DNA of 21,399 bases, from positions 1 through 21,399 of the forward strand of contig JANOTL010000045.1 in NCBI GenBank assembly GCA_031416315.1, given 5' to 3'. The position numbers and the translations under genes are program-made. Positions 9,220 to 16,832 of this stretch are shown here, in pieces; position 1 is the first letter of the stretch, and every line of letters begins with the position of its first letter. Below the pieces are notes generated by a model that made no database searches, had not been told where the DNA came from, and saw nothing but the letters and a program-made list of their open reading frames with translations. The stretch comes from Pseudomonadota bacterium. Lineage in GTDB: Bacteria; Bdellovibrionota_B; Oligoflexia; Oligoflexales; CAIYRB01.

Positions 9220-9981
9220 CTACATGTTGAAGCTTCTAACCAGGTTCTCGACGATCATGGCCCAGCCGTCGACGAGGACGAAAAGGATGAGCTTGAACGG
9301 CAGCGACACGACGGTCGGCGGCAGCATCATCATGCCCATGGCCATCAGGACCGAGCTCACCACCATGTCGATGACGAGGAAGGGGATGTAGATCAGGAAG
9401 CCGATCTGGAAGGCCGTTTTCAGCTCCGAGACGAGGAACGCCGGCATGAGGAGCGTCATGCTCACTTCGTCGTGCGTCTTCGGGCGCGCTTCCTTGGTGA
9501 TGCCGTAGAACATCTCGAGGTCGGATTCACGGGTCTGCGCCAGCATGAACTTCTTCACGGGCTTGATCAGCTCGTCGAAGGCCTGCTCCTGCGTGATCTT
9601 CTTCTCCACGTAGGGGTTGAAGGCCTTCTCGCGGACGACGTCGATAACGGGCGACATGGTGAAGAAGGTGAGGAACATGGCGAGGCCGACGATGACCTGG
9701 TTCGGCGGCATGGTCATCGTCCCGAGCGCCTGACGCACGAAGCTGAGGACGACGAGGATACGCGTGAACGAGGTCATCATCAGGAGAATCGCAGGCGCCA
9801 CCGAGAGGATGGTCAGGAGGCCGACGATCTTCATCGCCGGGACCATGTCGGTGGGCTCGTCGGTCTCTTTCAGGTCGACCGAGATGGTCGGGATCTTCGC
9901 CTGCGCGAACGCGGGAGAAGCGCTGGCCAGAAAGGCGAGCGCGACGAAGGCCAAGACGAGCGCGGCGAGGAATCTGGTCAT
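9220..9981 (-). CDS. fliP: Flagellar export protein FliP
   Basis: Signal peptide, MTSFTRILVVLSFVRQALG, PAFLVSELKTAFQIGF and SLPFKLILFVLVDGW. Confidence 0.98.
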   Translation of the reverse strand: MTRFLAALVLAFVALAFLASASPAFAQAKIPTISVDLKETDEPTDMVPAMKIVGLLTILSVAPAILLMMTSFTRILVVLSFVRQALGTMTMPPNQVIVGLAMFLTFFTMSPVIDVVREKAFNPYVEKKITQEQAFDELIKPVKKFMLAQTRESDLEMFYGITKEARPKTHDEVSMTLLMPAFLVSELKTAFQIGFLIYIPFLVIDMVVSSVLMAMGMMMLPPTVVSLPFKLILFVLVDGWAMIVENLVRSFNM

Positions 9982-11267
9982 CCCATGCTCTTCAAGGATT
10001 TGAGCTTCTCACGGATCAAGCGGGTGACGTCCTCGACGCCTCTCGGGCCGTCGTCGCCCTGCTTCGAAGGCTGCGGCGGCGCGGAGTATGCGCCTTTGAT
10101 CCCGTTGCGGTGGTCGGTGATGCCGTCCTCGCCGACAGAGATGGCGACGCGGGTGGGAGCGGGCTTGGCCGGAGCTTTCGGGCCCGGCGCCGGCGCCGTC
10201 GGTTTTTCGACCGTCGCGGCGAGCCTCTGCGAGGCGGCCGCGGCCTTCGCTCGGATCGTAGCCTCGTCGTTGCCGGGCATCTTCTTCAACGTCGGTTTCG
10301 TCGTCGCCGTCGCCGGCGGGGCCTCCAGCTGCATCGTCTGCGCAAAGGAGGCGGCGACGCGGTTGTAGCCCTGCGAGGCTTCCTTCTTGCCGACGGTCGT
10401 GATGTAGCTGATCGAATCGGCCGTCACGCCGATCAAGATTTTCTCGTCGCCGACCTGGATCAGTTGCAGCTTCTGGCGCGCCGCGATCGGCAGATGGCCC
10501 AAGGTGCGCATGCCGACCGGAGCGTCGTTCTCGTCGCGATCGGCCGCGAGACGCATTTTGTGCTTACGAATCAGAGGCTTGACCATAAGGGCTAGGCCGG
10601 CGAAAAGGATCAGGCCGCCGAGGAACATCGCGACTTGGGTCAGCTTCTCGCGCAGATCGACGCCTTTGCCGGCGGCGAGCGTGGCGCCTTTCGCCGCGGC
10701 CTTGTCGTTCTTCAGGCGCTCCGCCGGCGAGGGGATGTCGCGCGACACCTCGGTCTTCGCGAGCACCGCTTCGGCCGTCGTCGAGGGCGCGGGCAGGAGC
10801 CCCTTCAGCTTTGCGTGGTCGATGGTGAGCACGAGACGCTTGTCGAAGAGCTCGACCGAGGCCGCGTCCTTCGTCGCCGCGGCGTCGGCGCCGACGAAGA
10901 AGCGCACGCCTGCGTCCTTCTGATTCAGCTGGAAGACGGCGATCTTTTTCACGAACGGCGAGTCGCTGGCGATGAACTTACCTGGCTCCGGCACCAGCGT
11001 GTCGGGGAGCACGAGCTGCAGGAAGGATCCGTGGTCCTGCAGCTCGCCGGCGGCCTTCCACGCCGGCTTCTGATCGAGACGCACCGTGACGATGGTGAGC
11101 TTGTCGTCGACCTCGGAGTCGATCTCGCCGAGCGCGACGAAAGGCGCGGTTTGGACCTTCTGCGCGTCTTGCGGCGCGGCGGCGCCGCCGAGGATCGGCA
11201 GGGATAAGAGGAGGATCAGGGGCAAGATCGTACGCACGATGGGGGAGACCTCGAGATATTCCGGCAT
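9978..11267 (-). CDS. fliO: Extended FliO: signal peptide, periplasmic AMIN-like domain, TM, FliO domain and low-complexity tail
   Basis: FliO core MRTLGHLPIAARQKLQLIQVGDEKILIGVTADSISYI follows a TM helix. Lies between fliN and fliP with stop/start overlaps at both ends. An alternative GTG start exists about 10 codons in. Confidence 0.85.
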   Translation of the reverse strand: MPEYLEVSPIVRTILPLILLLSLPILGGAAAPQDAQKVQTAPFVALGEIDSEVDDKLTIVTVRLDQKPAWKAAGELQDHGSFLQLVLPDTLVPEPGKFIASDSPFVKKIAVFQLNQKDAGVRFFVGADAAATKDAASVELFDKRLVLTIDHAKLKGLLPAPSTTAEAVLAKTEVSRDIPSPAERLKNDKAAAKGATLAAGKGVDLREKLTQVAMFLGGLILFAGLALMVKPLIRKHKMRLAADRDENDAPVGMRTLGHLPIAARQKLQLIQVGDEKILIGVTADSISYITTVGKKEASQGYNRVAASFAQTMQLEAPPATATTKPTLKKMPGNDEATIRAKAAAASQRLAATVEKPTAPAPGPKAPAKPAPTRVAISVGEDGITDHRNGIKGAYSAPPQPSKQGDDGPRGVEDVTRLIREKLKSLKSMG

Positions 11268-11728
11268 CAGCCGGCTTGTTTATCCGACGAAGCCAAGTCA
11301 CCGAGACCGAACTGCGAGACGACGTCCGTGAGGCGCACGCCGAACTTCTCGTTGACGACGACGACCTCGCCCATGGCGACGAGCTTGTCGTTGATCAGGA
11401 TCTCCATGGGCTCGCCGGCGATCTTGTCGAGCTCGATCACCGAGCCTTGGCCGAGCTGGAGGAGGTCGTTGACGAGCATCTTGGTGCGTCCGAGCTCCAC
11501 CGACACCTTGAGCGGGATGTCGAGGATCATCTTCAGCTTGGAGAAATCCATCCGGGACATGCGCGAGTCGTCGCCCATGGTCACGGAGTTGTTTTGCTGC
11601 TGCCCGCCGTCGTCCGAGGCGGAGCCGCCGGATTTCGAGCCGTCGCCCGTGGCTTCCGCCAGGGCCTCGTCGAAATCTGAGCCCAGTCCGAAGTCTTCGG
11701 GATTCATGCCGCCGCTATCATTCGCCAT
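11267..11728 (-). CDS. fliN: Flagellar motor switch protein FliN
   Basis: [30 protein letters not shown] and [18 protein letters not shown] at 11728 follows AAGGGG; the alternative is GTG at 11737. Confidence 0.96.
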   Translation of the reverse strand: MANDSGGMNPEDFGLGSDFDEALAEATGDGSKSGGSASDDGGQQQNNSVTMGDDSRMSRMDFSKLKMILDIPLKVSVELGRTKMLVNDLLQLGQGSVIELDKIAGEPMEILINDKLVAMGEVVVVNEKFGVRLTDVVSQFGLGDLASSDKQAG

Positions 11729-11749
11729 GACTCGCACCCCTTCACACGC

Positions 11750-12733
11750 TTAAACGTCGATCAACGACTCAACGATCTTCAGCGCCCGGTTGCCTTTGAG
11801 GAGCCCCGGGATGCCTTTGAACTTCGGAACGCCTTCGACCAGGATGTCGAGAGGCATGGTCGCATCGCTGTCGAGCTGGATGATGTCGCCGGGGGCGAGC
11901 TCCATGAGGTCGCGCATCGCGACGTCGGCTTCGCCGAGCTTCACGAGGAGGTTCGCGGCCGTGCCCATGATTTGCTCTTTGATCCGGTTGATCCAGATGA
12001 AGTCGACCTCGAGCTGCTCCGACTGGAAGCCGACGGAAAGTTTCGACTTGATCGGCTCGAGGGTCGCGTAGGGGATGACGATCTTGATCGTGCCGGAGAC
12101 CTTCTCGAGCTCGACGTCGAAGGTCGTCGCGATGACGACGTCCGAGGGCGGGACGACGGCGACGAACTGCGGGTTGATCTCGGTACGGCTGTAGCCGACC
12201 TTCAGCGGGTACACCGGCTCCCAAGCCTTCTCGTAGTCGTCGATCGCGGAGAGGACGACGCGGCGGGCGATCTTGATCTCGATCTGGGTGAAGTCCTTGC
12301 CTTCGATCTTCGTGTAGGGCACGTCGTTGCCGCCGAAGAAGCTGTCGACGAGCGCGTAGAGCAGCTTCGACTCGATCACCATGACGGCGGCGCCGCGCAG
12401 AGGGTCTAAGCGCAAGATGTTGAGGCAGGACGGCAGCGGCAGCGAGTTCATGAACTCGCTGAATTTCAGGGGTCCGGTGGAGTTGACGCTCAGGTTCGCC
12501 ATTTTGCGCAGCGCGTTGGAGAGCGTGACGCGAAAGAGGCGGATGAAACGGTCGTGAATGATGTCGAGCGTCGGCATCCGGCCGCGGATGATCCGGTCCT
12601 GGTTTGCGAGGTCGTACTGCACGACGCCGCTCTTCAGCTGGTCGTCGCCGCCCATCTCGTCCGCGTCGACGCGGTTGTCCGAGACGGCCGACAGCAGCGC
12701 GTCGACCTCGTTCTGAGAGAGGACCTGATTCAT
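11750..12733 (-). CDS. fliM: Flagellar motor switch protein FliM
   Basis: CheY-binding motif LSQNEVDALL, RGRMPTLDIIHDRF, SFFGG, and a C-terminal SpoA domain. Confidence 0.97.
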   Translation of the reverse strand: MNQVLSQNEVDALLSAVSDNRVDADEMGGDDQLKSGVVQYDLANQDRIIRGRMPTLDIIHDRFIRLFRVTLSNALRKMANLSVNSTGPLKFSEFMNSLPLPSCLNILRLDPLRGAAVMVIESKLLYALVDSFFGGNDVPYTKIEGKDFTQIEIKIARRVVLSAIDDYEKAWEPVYPLKVGYSRTEINPQFVAVVPPSDVVIATTFDVELEKVSGTIKIVIPYATLEPIKSKLSVGFQSEQLEVDFIWINRIKEQIMGTAANLLVKLGEADVAMRDLMELAPGDIIQLDSDATMPLDILVEGVPKFKGIPGLLKGNRALKIVESLIDV

Positions 12734-12740
12734 GCGTTGG

Positions 12741-13439
12741 TTACTCTATCAAGATGTCGGTGATGAAGACGTCGTCGATCTTGGCGGTCATGTAGTGGTT
12801 GATGCGGTTGCCGATCTCCTTGCGGAGCTGCTCTTTGCCGTCGGGGCCGAGGAGGAATTCGCGGGTCTTGCGGGAGGTGACGGAGATCACCGCATCGCGG
12901 AGTTGCGGCAGGCGCTTCTCGATCTCCGCCTTGATCTCGTCGGCGCAGCCGTATTCGAGGGAGACTTCGAGGCGGATGTAGCGGTTTTCCAGGGGGTTGC
13001 CGAGGTTCAGGTGGAAAGGCGTCAAAGGGTGCGTGCAGCCGAAGTCGACGCCTTCGAGCTTGGCGGTCTTCGCGCCGCTGCCGGAGCCCTGCGCCGCGGC
13101 GGAGCCAGAGGCGTTGCCGCTACCGGAGCCTGACGCGACGGCCGATCCGCGGCCGCTGCCGGAGCCCGAGGCTTGCGCCTCGCCGGACCCGTTCCCCGCG
13201 GCCGCGGAGCCCTGCTCGCCCGCAGGTGCGCCGTGATCGCCGCTCCCACCGCCCTTGTCGCCGCCTCCGGCGAGGAACATCGCCAAAGCCGCGCCACCGC
13301 CACCCAAGAGGACGACGCCGCCGATCGCCGCGATCAGGAGCTTCTTCTTCTTGGTCTTCGCGGCCGCGTCTTCGGGCGTCGCTTCGGGCTTCTCGGCCTT
13401 GGCGTCTTTCTTGTCTTCTTTTTTGTCGTCTTTCGCCAT
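12741..13439 (-). CDS. fliL: Flagellar basal body-associated protein FliL with a Gly/Ser-rich linker
   Basis: Start MAKDDKK at 13439 preceded by AGAGGA. Charged N-terminus, TM helix, and FliL domain PFHLNL...LPQLRDAVI...GKEQLRKEI...VFITDILIE. Confidence 0.92.
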   Translation of the reverse strand: MAKDDKKEDKKDAKAEKPEATPEDAAAKTKKKKLLIAAIGGVVLLGGGGAALAMFLAGGGDKGGGSGDHGAPAGEQGSAAAGNGSGEAQASGSGSGRGSAVASGSGSGNASGSAAAQGSGSGAKTAKLEGVDFGCTHPLTPFHLNLGNPLENRYIRLEVSLEYGCADEIKAEIEKRLPQLRDAVISVTSRKTREFLLGPDGKEQLRKEIGNRINHYMTAKIDDVFITDILIE

Positions 13440-13467
13440 GTTTCCTCTGGGGACTGTGAGGTCTCCA

Positions 13468-13484
13468 TTCAAAAGCCGTGCCAT
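13468..13484 (-). promoter_or_regulatory. Sigma54 (RpoN) -24/-12 promoter of the fliL operon
   Basis: Minus strand reads TGGCACG-GCTT-TTGAA against the consensus TGGCACG-N4-TTGCW. The -24 box and spacing are exact; the -12 box has GA instead of GC. It ends about 29 nt upstream of the fliL ATG. Confidence 0.75.
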
Positions 13485-13584
13485 GCGGTTTTCGCCCGCG
13501 GAAAGCGCGCGCCGATTTCCCTGTCCGCCGCGCCCCTTGCGGTCTCTGGCGGGAGTGACGCGGCGATCCGACCTGCGCGGAGCC

Positions 13585-13670
13585 GTCAAAGTTCCGGCGC
13601 TCGCCCGCCAAGCCGCCGACGCTTTCGACGTCCGTTTTTTGACGTGGCGCCCTTCGGTCAAACGCATAAC
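13585..13670. promoter_or_regulatory. Cluster of FleQ/FlrA-like enhancer boxes (GTC-N8-GAC type)
   Basis: GTCAAAAAACGGAC (reverse complement of 13630-13643, inside ACGTC..GACGT), GTCAAAGTTCCGGC (13585-13598) and GTCAAACGCATAAC (13657-13670). All lie 100-190 bp upstream of the sigma54 site. Confidence 0.55.
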
Positions 13671-13679
13671 AATCGCGAA

Positions 13680-14882
13680 ATGAAACCTACGATCACGACC
13701 TTCGCGACCTTGCTGGCGATTTACACCAGCGTCGGCGCCTTGACGGCCTACGCGGCGCCGGAGGGCGCGCCGAAAGCGGCCGCCGCCAGCGTTCTGACCT
13801 ACGGCGTCGGCCTCGAGCTCGGCTACCGCGACGGCTTCCTGAACGACCGCGAGAAGACCGGCCAACCGCGCGCCCTGGGCCTCGATCGCGCGCGCATAGC
13901 CCTCGACTGGCGGACACAGCGCACGGCGAGCCTCGCGCTCGTGTTGCGGCCCGACACGATGAACGAGGAGATCTTGCGCGAGCCCGACCGGCGTAGCGGC
14001 GGTCCTTACCGGCCCGAGCCGACGCTGCATTTCCTCGACGCCTACCTGATCTCGATCTACCCGGCCACGAGCCTCGCGACGAGCATCGGCGTCTTCGAGG
14101 AGCTGGCCCCGGTCCGGCGCAGCTACGCCCCGGCGCTGGATTTCGGCCTCAGCGTCCGCCTACCGGCGCGCTTTTCCGGCCTGCGGCTGCGCTGGCAGAA
14201 TGCGAACACCGCGCCCGATTCGGCCGAAGCGACCGCGGCCGGAACGATCCTCGCCGACGCCTATTTCCTGCACGGCGACGAGGATCGCGTCGAGACGCAG
14301 GGCGAGCGCGGCGGCGCCTTCGACCGCGCCCCCACCGCTCGCGACGCGCATCAGGGCGGCGCCGCCAGCTTGGTCTGGATTCCGTTGAATGAGCTCGAGC
14401 TCTCGCTCTTGTGGGGGACCCTCGACGAGAAAATCATCGGCGGCAAACGCCACGAGGTGATGGCGACGTTCGCCGCCGTCGGTCGTTTCGACGTCGGGCC
14501 CGTGCCGACGAAGGCGAGCCTCGACGTGCGCGCGGTCGTCGAGAGCTGGCGTGGCGTCGACGAGAAGAAGCGCGAGCAACGCAGCGCGAGCCTCACGATG
14601 TCGGCGCAGGTGATGCCCAACATGTGGGTCCTCGCCGGCGGGCACGTCGGCACGAGCGACCGTCCGAACGAAGTCGAGGTCTCCGGGCGGCAGCTCGAGA
14701 TCGGCTTTCTCGGCAGCTTCGGGGAAGAGCTGACGCTCGAGGTCCTGGTCGCCGACGAGCGCCGCGAGCAGATCGATGCGCAGGGCGCGCATCTCGGCGG
14801 CTTCGTCGATCCCAAGGGCGACGAGAAAAAACTTCGCCGCTACGGCCTCACGCTGGCTTACGAGCTCGAAGGAAAGAACTGA
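13680..14882 (+). CDS. Outer-membrane beta-barrel protein, OprO/OprP-porin-like (paralog A, 400 aa)
   Basis: Sec signal peptide MKPTITTFATLLAIYTSVGALTAYA. LDRARIALDW and FLDAYLI resemble Porin O/P motifs. Amphipathic beta-strand periodicity and a terminal strand YGLTLAYEL. Confidence 0.7.
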   Translation: MKPTITTFATLLAIYTSVGALTAYAAPEGAPKAAAASVLTYGVGLELGYRDGFLNDREKTGQPRALGLDRARIALDWRTQRTASLALVLRPDTMNEEILREPDRRSGGPYRPEPTLHFLDAYLISIYPATSLATSIGVFEELAPVRRSYAPALDFGLSVRLPARFSGLRLRWQNANTAPDSAEATAAGTILADAYFLHGDEDRVETQGERGGAFDRAPTARDAHQGGAASLVWIPLNELELSLLWGTLDEKIIGGKRHEVMATFAAVGRFDVGPVPTKASLDVRAVVESWRGVDEKKREQRSASLTMSAQVMPNMWVLAGGHVGTSDRPNEVEVSGRQLEIGFLGSFGEELTLEVLVADERREQIDAQGAHLGGFVDPKGDEKKLRRYGLTLAYELEGKN

Positions 14883-16159
14883 TGTCGCGCCGCATGCCGC
14901 CACTTTTTGCGCTTCTCGCCTTGAATGCGGCGACCTCGGCCGTCGCCCAGTCGTCGGTCGGGTTGCGCCTCGACTGCCTCCACGGCTTCAATACCGACAA
15001 GGGCGCGAGCCAGGAGTGCATCACGCTCACCGGTTTGCGCTTCGAAGCGCGGGAGACGCTCCCTCCGGCGTTATCCGGGCGCATCCGCCTCGATCCGTTT
15101 GGCACTCCGGTCGCGTCGAAGGAGAACACGCCGCTGCGTGACGGCTTGCCCTCGGTGCGCGACACGCCGTTTCTGCTCGTCGACGACTACGCGCTGATCT
15201 GGACGCCGCGCCCGAACCTCGAGGTCGGGATCGAGAGCTACGGCGGGGCCGCGAAGATCCCTTCACAGAGCGGGCTCGCGCTCGCCTCGCGGTTCGCCGA
15301 CACGGGCTGGAAGCAGACGGCGCTCACCGTCGGCTATCACCTCACCGCCCTGAGTGACATGCGTGTGAAGCTCGCGGCCGGTAACGGCGAAGGCGAGAGC
15401 GGCCAAAACCTTGATCCGCAGCAGTTTTTCGGCTTCGGCGTCGACGCCGACGTCATCGCCGGCTTGGCGCTCGTCTTCGGCGCGTCCTTCGACGGCAATA
15501 GCGCCGGCTCGGACGCGGCGACGTACCAGCGCGAGCAGCTCGCAGCCGACTGCGGCGTGGTGTCGCCAGCGCCAAAGCTCGGCCATTCGACGCAGCGCCT
15601 CGCGGCCGGTCTGCGCCTCGACGGCACGATGAAAGGTTTCGAGGGTTTGAGCGTCGGCCTCGGCTGGCAGCGGAACGTCTTCAGCGACCTCGACAAGAAA
15701 AAAGCGTCGACGCCTCCCCTCACCGACTATGCGAAATGCCCGCAGCTCGATCTCGACACCTTCTTCGTCGAGGATCCCAAGGGTGAGGCCGTCAACACCG
15801 TTCAGCGGACGACCTACGGCGTGAGCGCTCGCTACCGCCTGCTCGAGCGCTATTTCGTCGGCGGCGACTTCACGTCGCGGCGCATCGACACCGGTTCAGT
15901 CGACACCTTCTCGCTGTGCAACGCCTATCAAAACAGCGTCTGCGTTACTCCGGAGTCGTCGGGCAAAAACCAGCTCGAGCAGACGGCGTACACGCTCGGT
16001 GGTGGCATGGACCTCGAAGCCGGGCTCGTCCTCACGATCGAGTACCACAAGACAAGCTTCGATAAGCGCTATGCCCAGGCCTTTTTCCGTGATCGCCGCG
16101 GCAAGACGTCGGACTCAGACGAGACCTTCGACGCGCGCATCGCCTACAACTGGAAATGA
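14882..16159 (+). CDS. Outer-membrane beta-barrel protein, porin-like with 6 Cys (paralog B, 425 aa)
   Basis: TGATG coupling to the upstream gene. Signal peptide ending SAVA, motif AAGNGEG, alternating strands, and a C-terminal beta-signal-like FDARIAYNWK. Confidence 0.72.
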   Translation: MSRRMPPLFALLALNAATSAVAQSSVGLRLDCLHGFNTDKGASQECITLTGLRFEARETLPPALSGRIRLDPFGTPVASKENTPLRDGLPSVRDTPFLLVDDYALIWTPRPNLEVGIESYGGAAKIPSQSGLALASRFADTGWKQTALTVGYHLTALSDMRVKLAAGNGEGESGQNLDPQQFFGFGVDADVIAGLALVFGASFDGNSAGSDAATYQREQLAADCGVVSPAPKLGHSTQRLAAGLRLDGTMKGFEGLSVGLGWQRNVFSDLDKKKASTPPLTDYAKCPQLDLDTFFVEDPKGEAVNTVQRTTYGVSARYRLLERYFVGGDFTSRRIDTGSVDTFSLCNAYQNSVCVTPESSGKNQLEQTAYTLGGGMDLEAGLVLTIEYHKTSFDKRYAQAFFRDRRGKTSDSDETFDARIAYNWK

Positions 16160-16291
16160 GTCCGCTCGTCAAAAACCCATCAGTCTCGGGCGCTTGACGC
16201 TTGAATTGGCGCTGGCGAAGCTCGCGCCAACCTGCTAAGTTCGAGACTCCAGTTTTAACGCAGACGCCTGTTCCCGTTGAGGTTTTGCCCT

Positions 16292-16756
16292 ATGCTCTCG
16301 TCCCGCTGGCTGAGCGGTCTCGCGGCGCTGTCTTTTCCGGTCATTCTGGGTGCCGCCTGCACCGAGCAATTCGATCGCAGCAAGATGAACAACGTCTACA
16401 CGAGCGAGCGCGTGACCACCGAAAAGGCTTTGCCGGTGCTGACCGCGACGGGCGATTTGCCTTCCGGCGCGGTCGCCGCCGTGCCGATCGGCGACAAGTA
16501 CAATATGTACTGCGCCAGCTGTCACGGGGATGCGGGCGACGGGAACGGACCGGCCGGCGCGGCGCTGAATCCGAAGCCGCGGAATCTAAAGGACGTGGCC
16601 TGGCAAACGGCGACCGACGACGCGCGCATCACTTCCGTCCTCAAGAACGGCGGCGCGGCGAACGGCCTGAGCGCGACGATGGCGCCCTGGGGCGGCGTCC
16701 TCTCGGACGACGAGATCAAAGACATGGTCGCGCACATCCGGAAGTTCAAGGGCTGA
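16292..16756 (+). CDS. Lipoprotein monoheme c-type cytochrome (class I, cbb3-III-like domain)
   Basis: Signal peptide with lipobox-like LGAA|C, a single heme motif YCASCHG, PKPRNL, likely distal Met in MAPW, and LSDDEIKDMVAHIR. Confidence 0.9.
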   Translation: MLSSRWLSGLAALSFPVILGAACTEQFDRSKMNNVYTSERVTTEKALPVLTATGDLPSGAVAAVPIGDKYNMYCASCHGDAGDGNGPAGAALNPKPRNLKDVAWQTATDDARITSVLKNGGAANGLSATMAPWGGVLSDDEIKDMVAHIRKFKG

Positions 16757-16757
16757 T

Positions 16758-16832
16758 TCCGCCTTCGCATGGCTACGGCGGACAAGCCCGTCGCGGACGA
16801 GCTTGTCGGCCTTAGCTTATAGCGAAGGCTGA
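16758..16832. repeat. REP/REPIN-like inverted doublet, possibly also the bidirectional terminator between convergent genes
   Basis: Unit 1 (16758-16786) is TCCGCCTTCGCATGGCTACGGCGGACAAG. Unit 2 (reverse complement of 16802-16832) is TCAGCCTTCGCTATAAGCTAAGGCCGACAAG. Each unit is an imperfect hairpin, and 16772-16792 pairs with 16796-16816 at 18 of 21 positions. Confidence 0.7.

Noticed and set aside
4942..9981. Non-flagellar type III secretion system
   Set aside because: The export genes are flanked by fliLMNO, flhFG, fliA and cheY, so the system is flagellar.
13173..13679. Upstream extension of porin A (569-aa call), and likewise 14411-14881 for porin B
   Set aside because: Signal peptides begin at ATG 13680 and ATG 14882; the extensions overlap other genes.
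13440..13679. c-di-GMP riboswitch upstream of the flagellar operon
   Set aside because: No GGCAAAC...GAAA...GACGCAAA GEMM-I pattern on either strand, and the predicted leader after the sigma54 site is too short.
13440..14030. N-terminal extension of fliL in the 429-aa ORF call
   Set aside because: It overlaps the porin gene and runs through the sigma54 promoter. The ATG at 13439 has a good RBS and gives a typical FliL N-terminus.
14882..16159. Heme-binding motifs in barrel B (Cyc2-like fusion)
   Set aside because: None of the six Cys forms CxxCH.
16758..16832. CRISPR array
   Set aside because: Only two units, in inverted orientation, with no spacer series and no cas genes.
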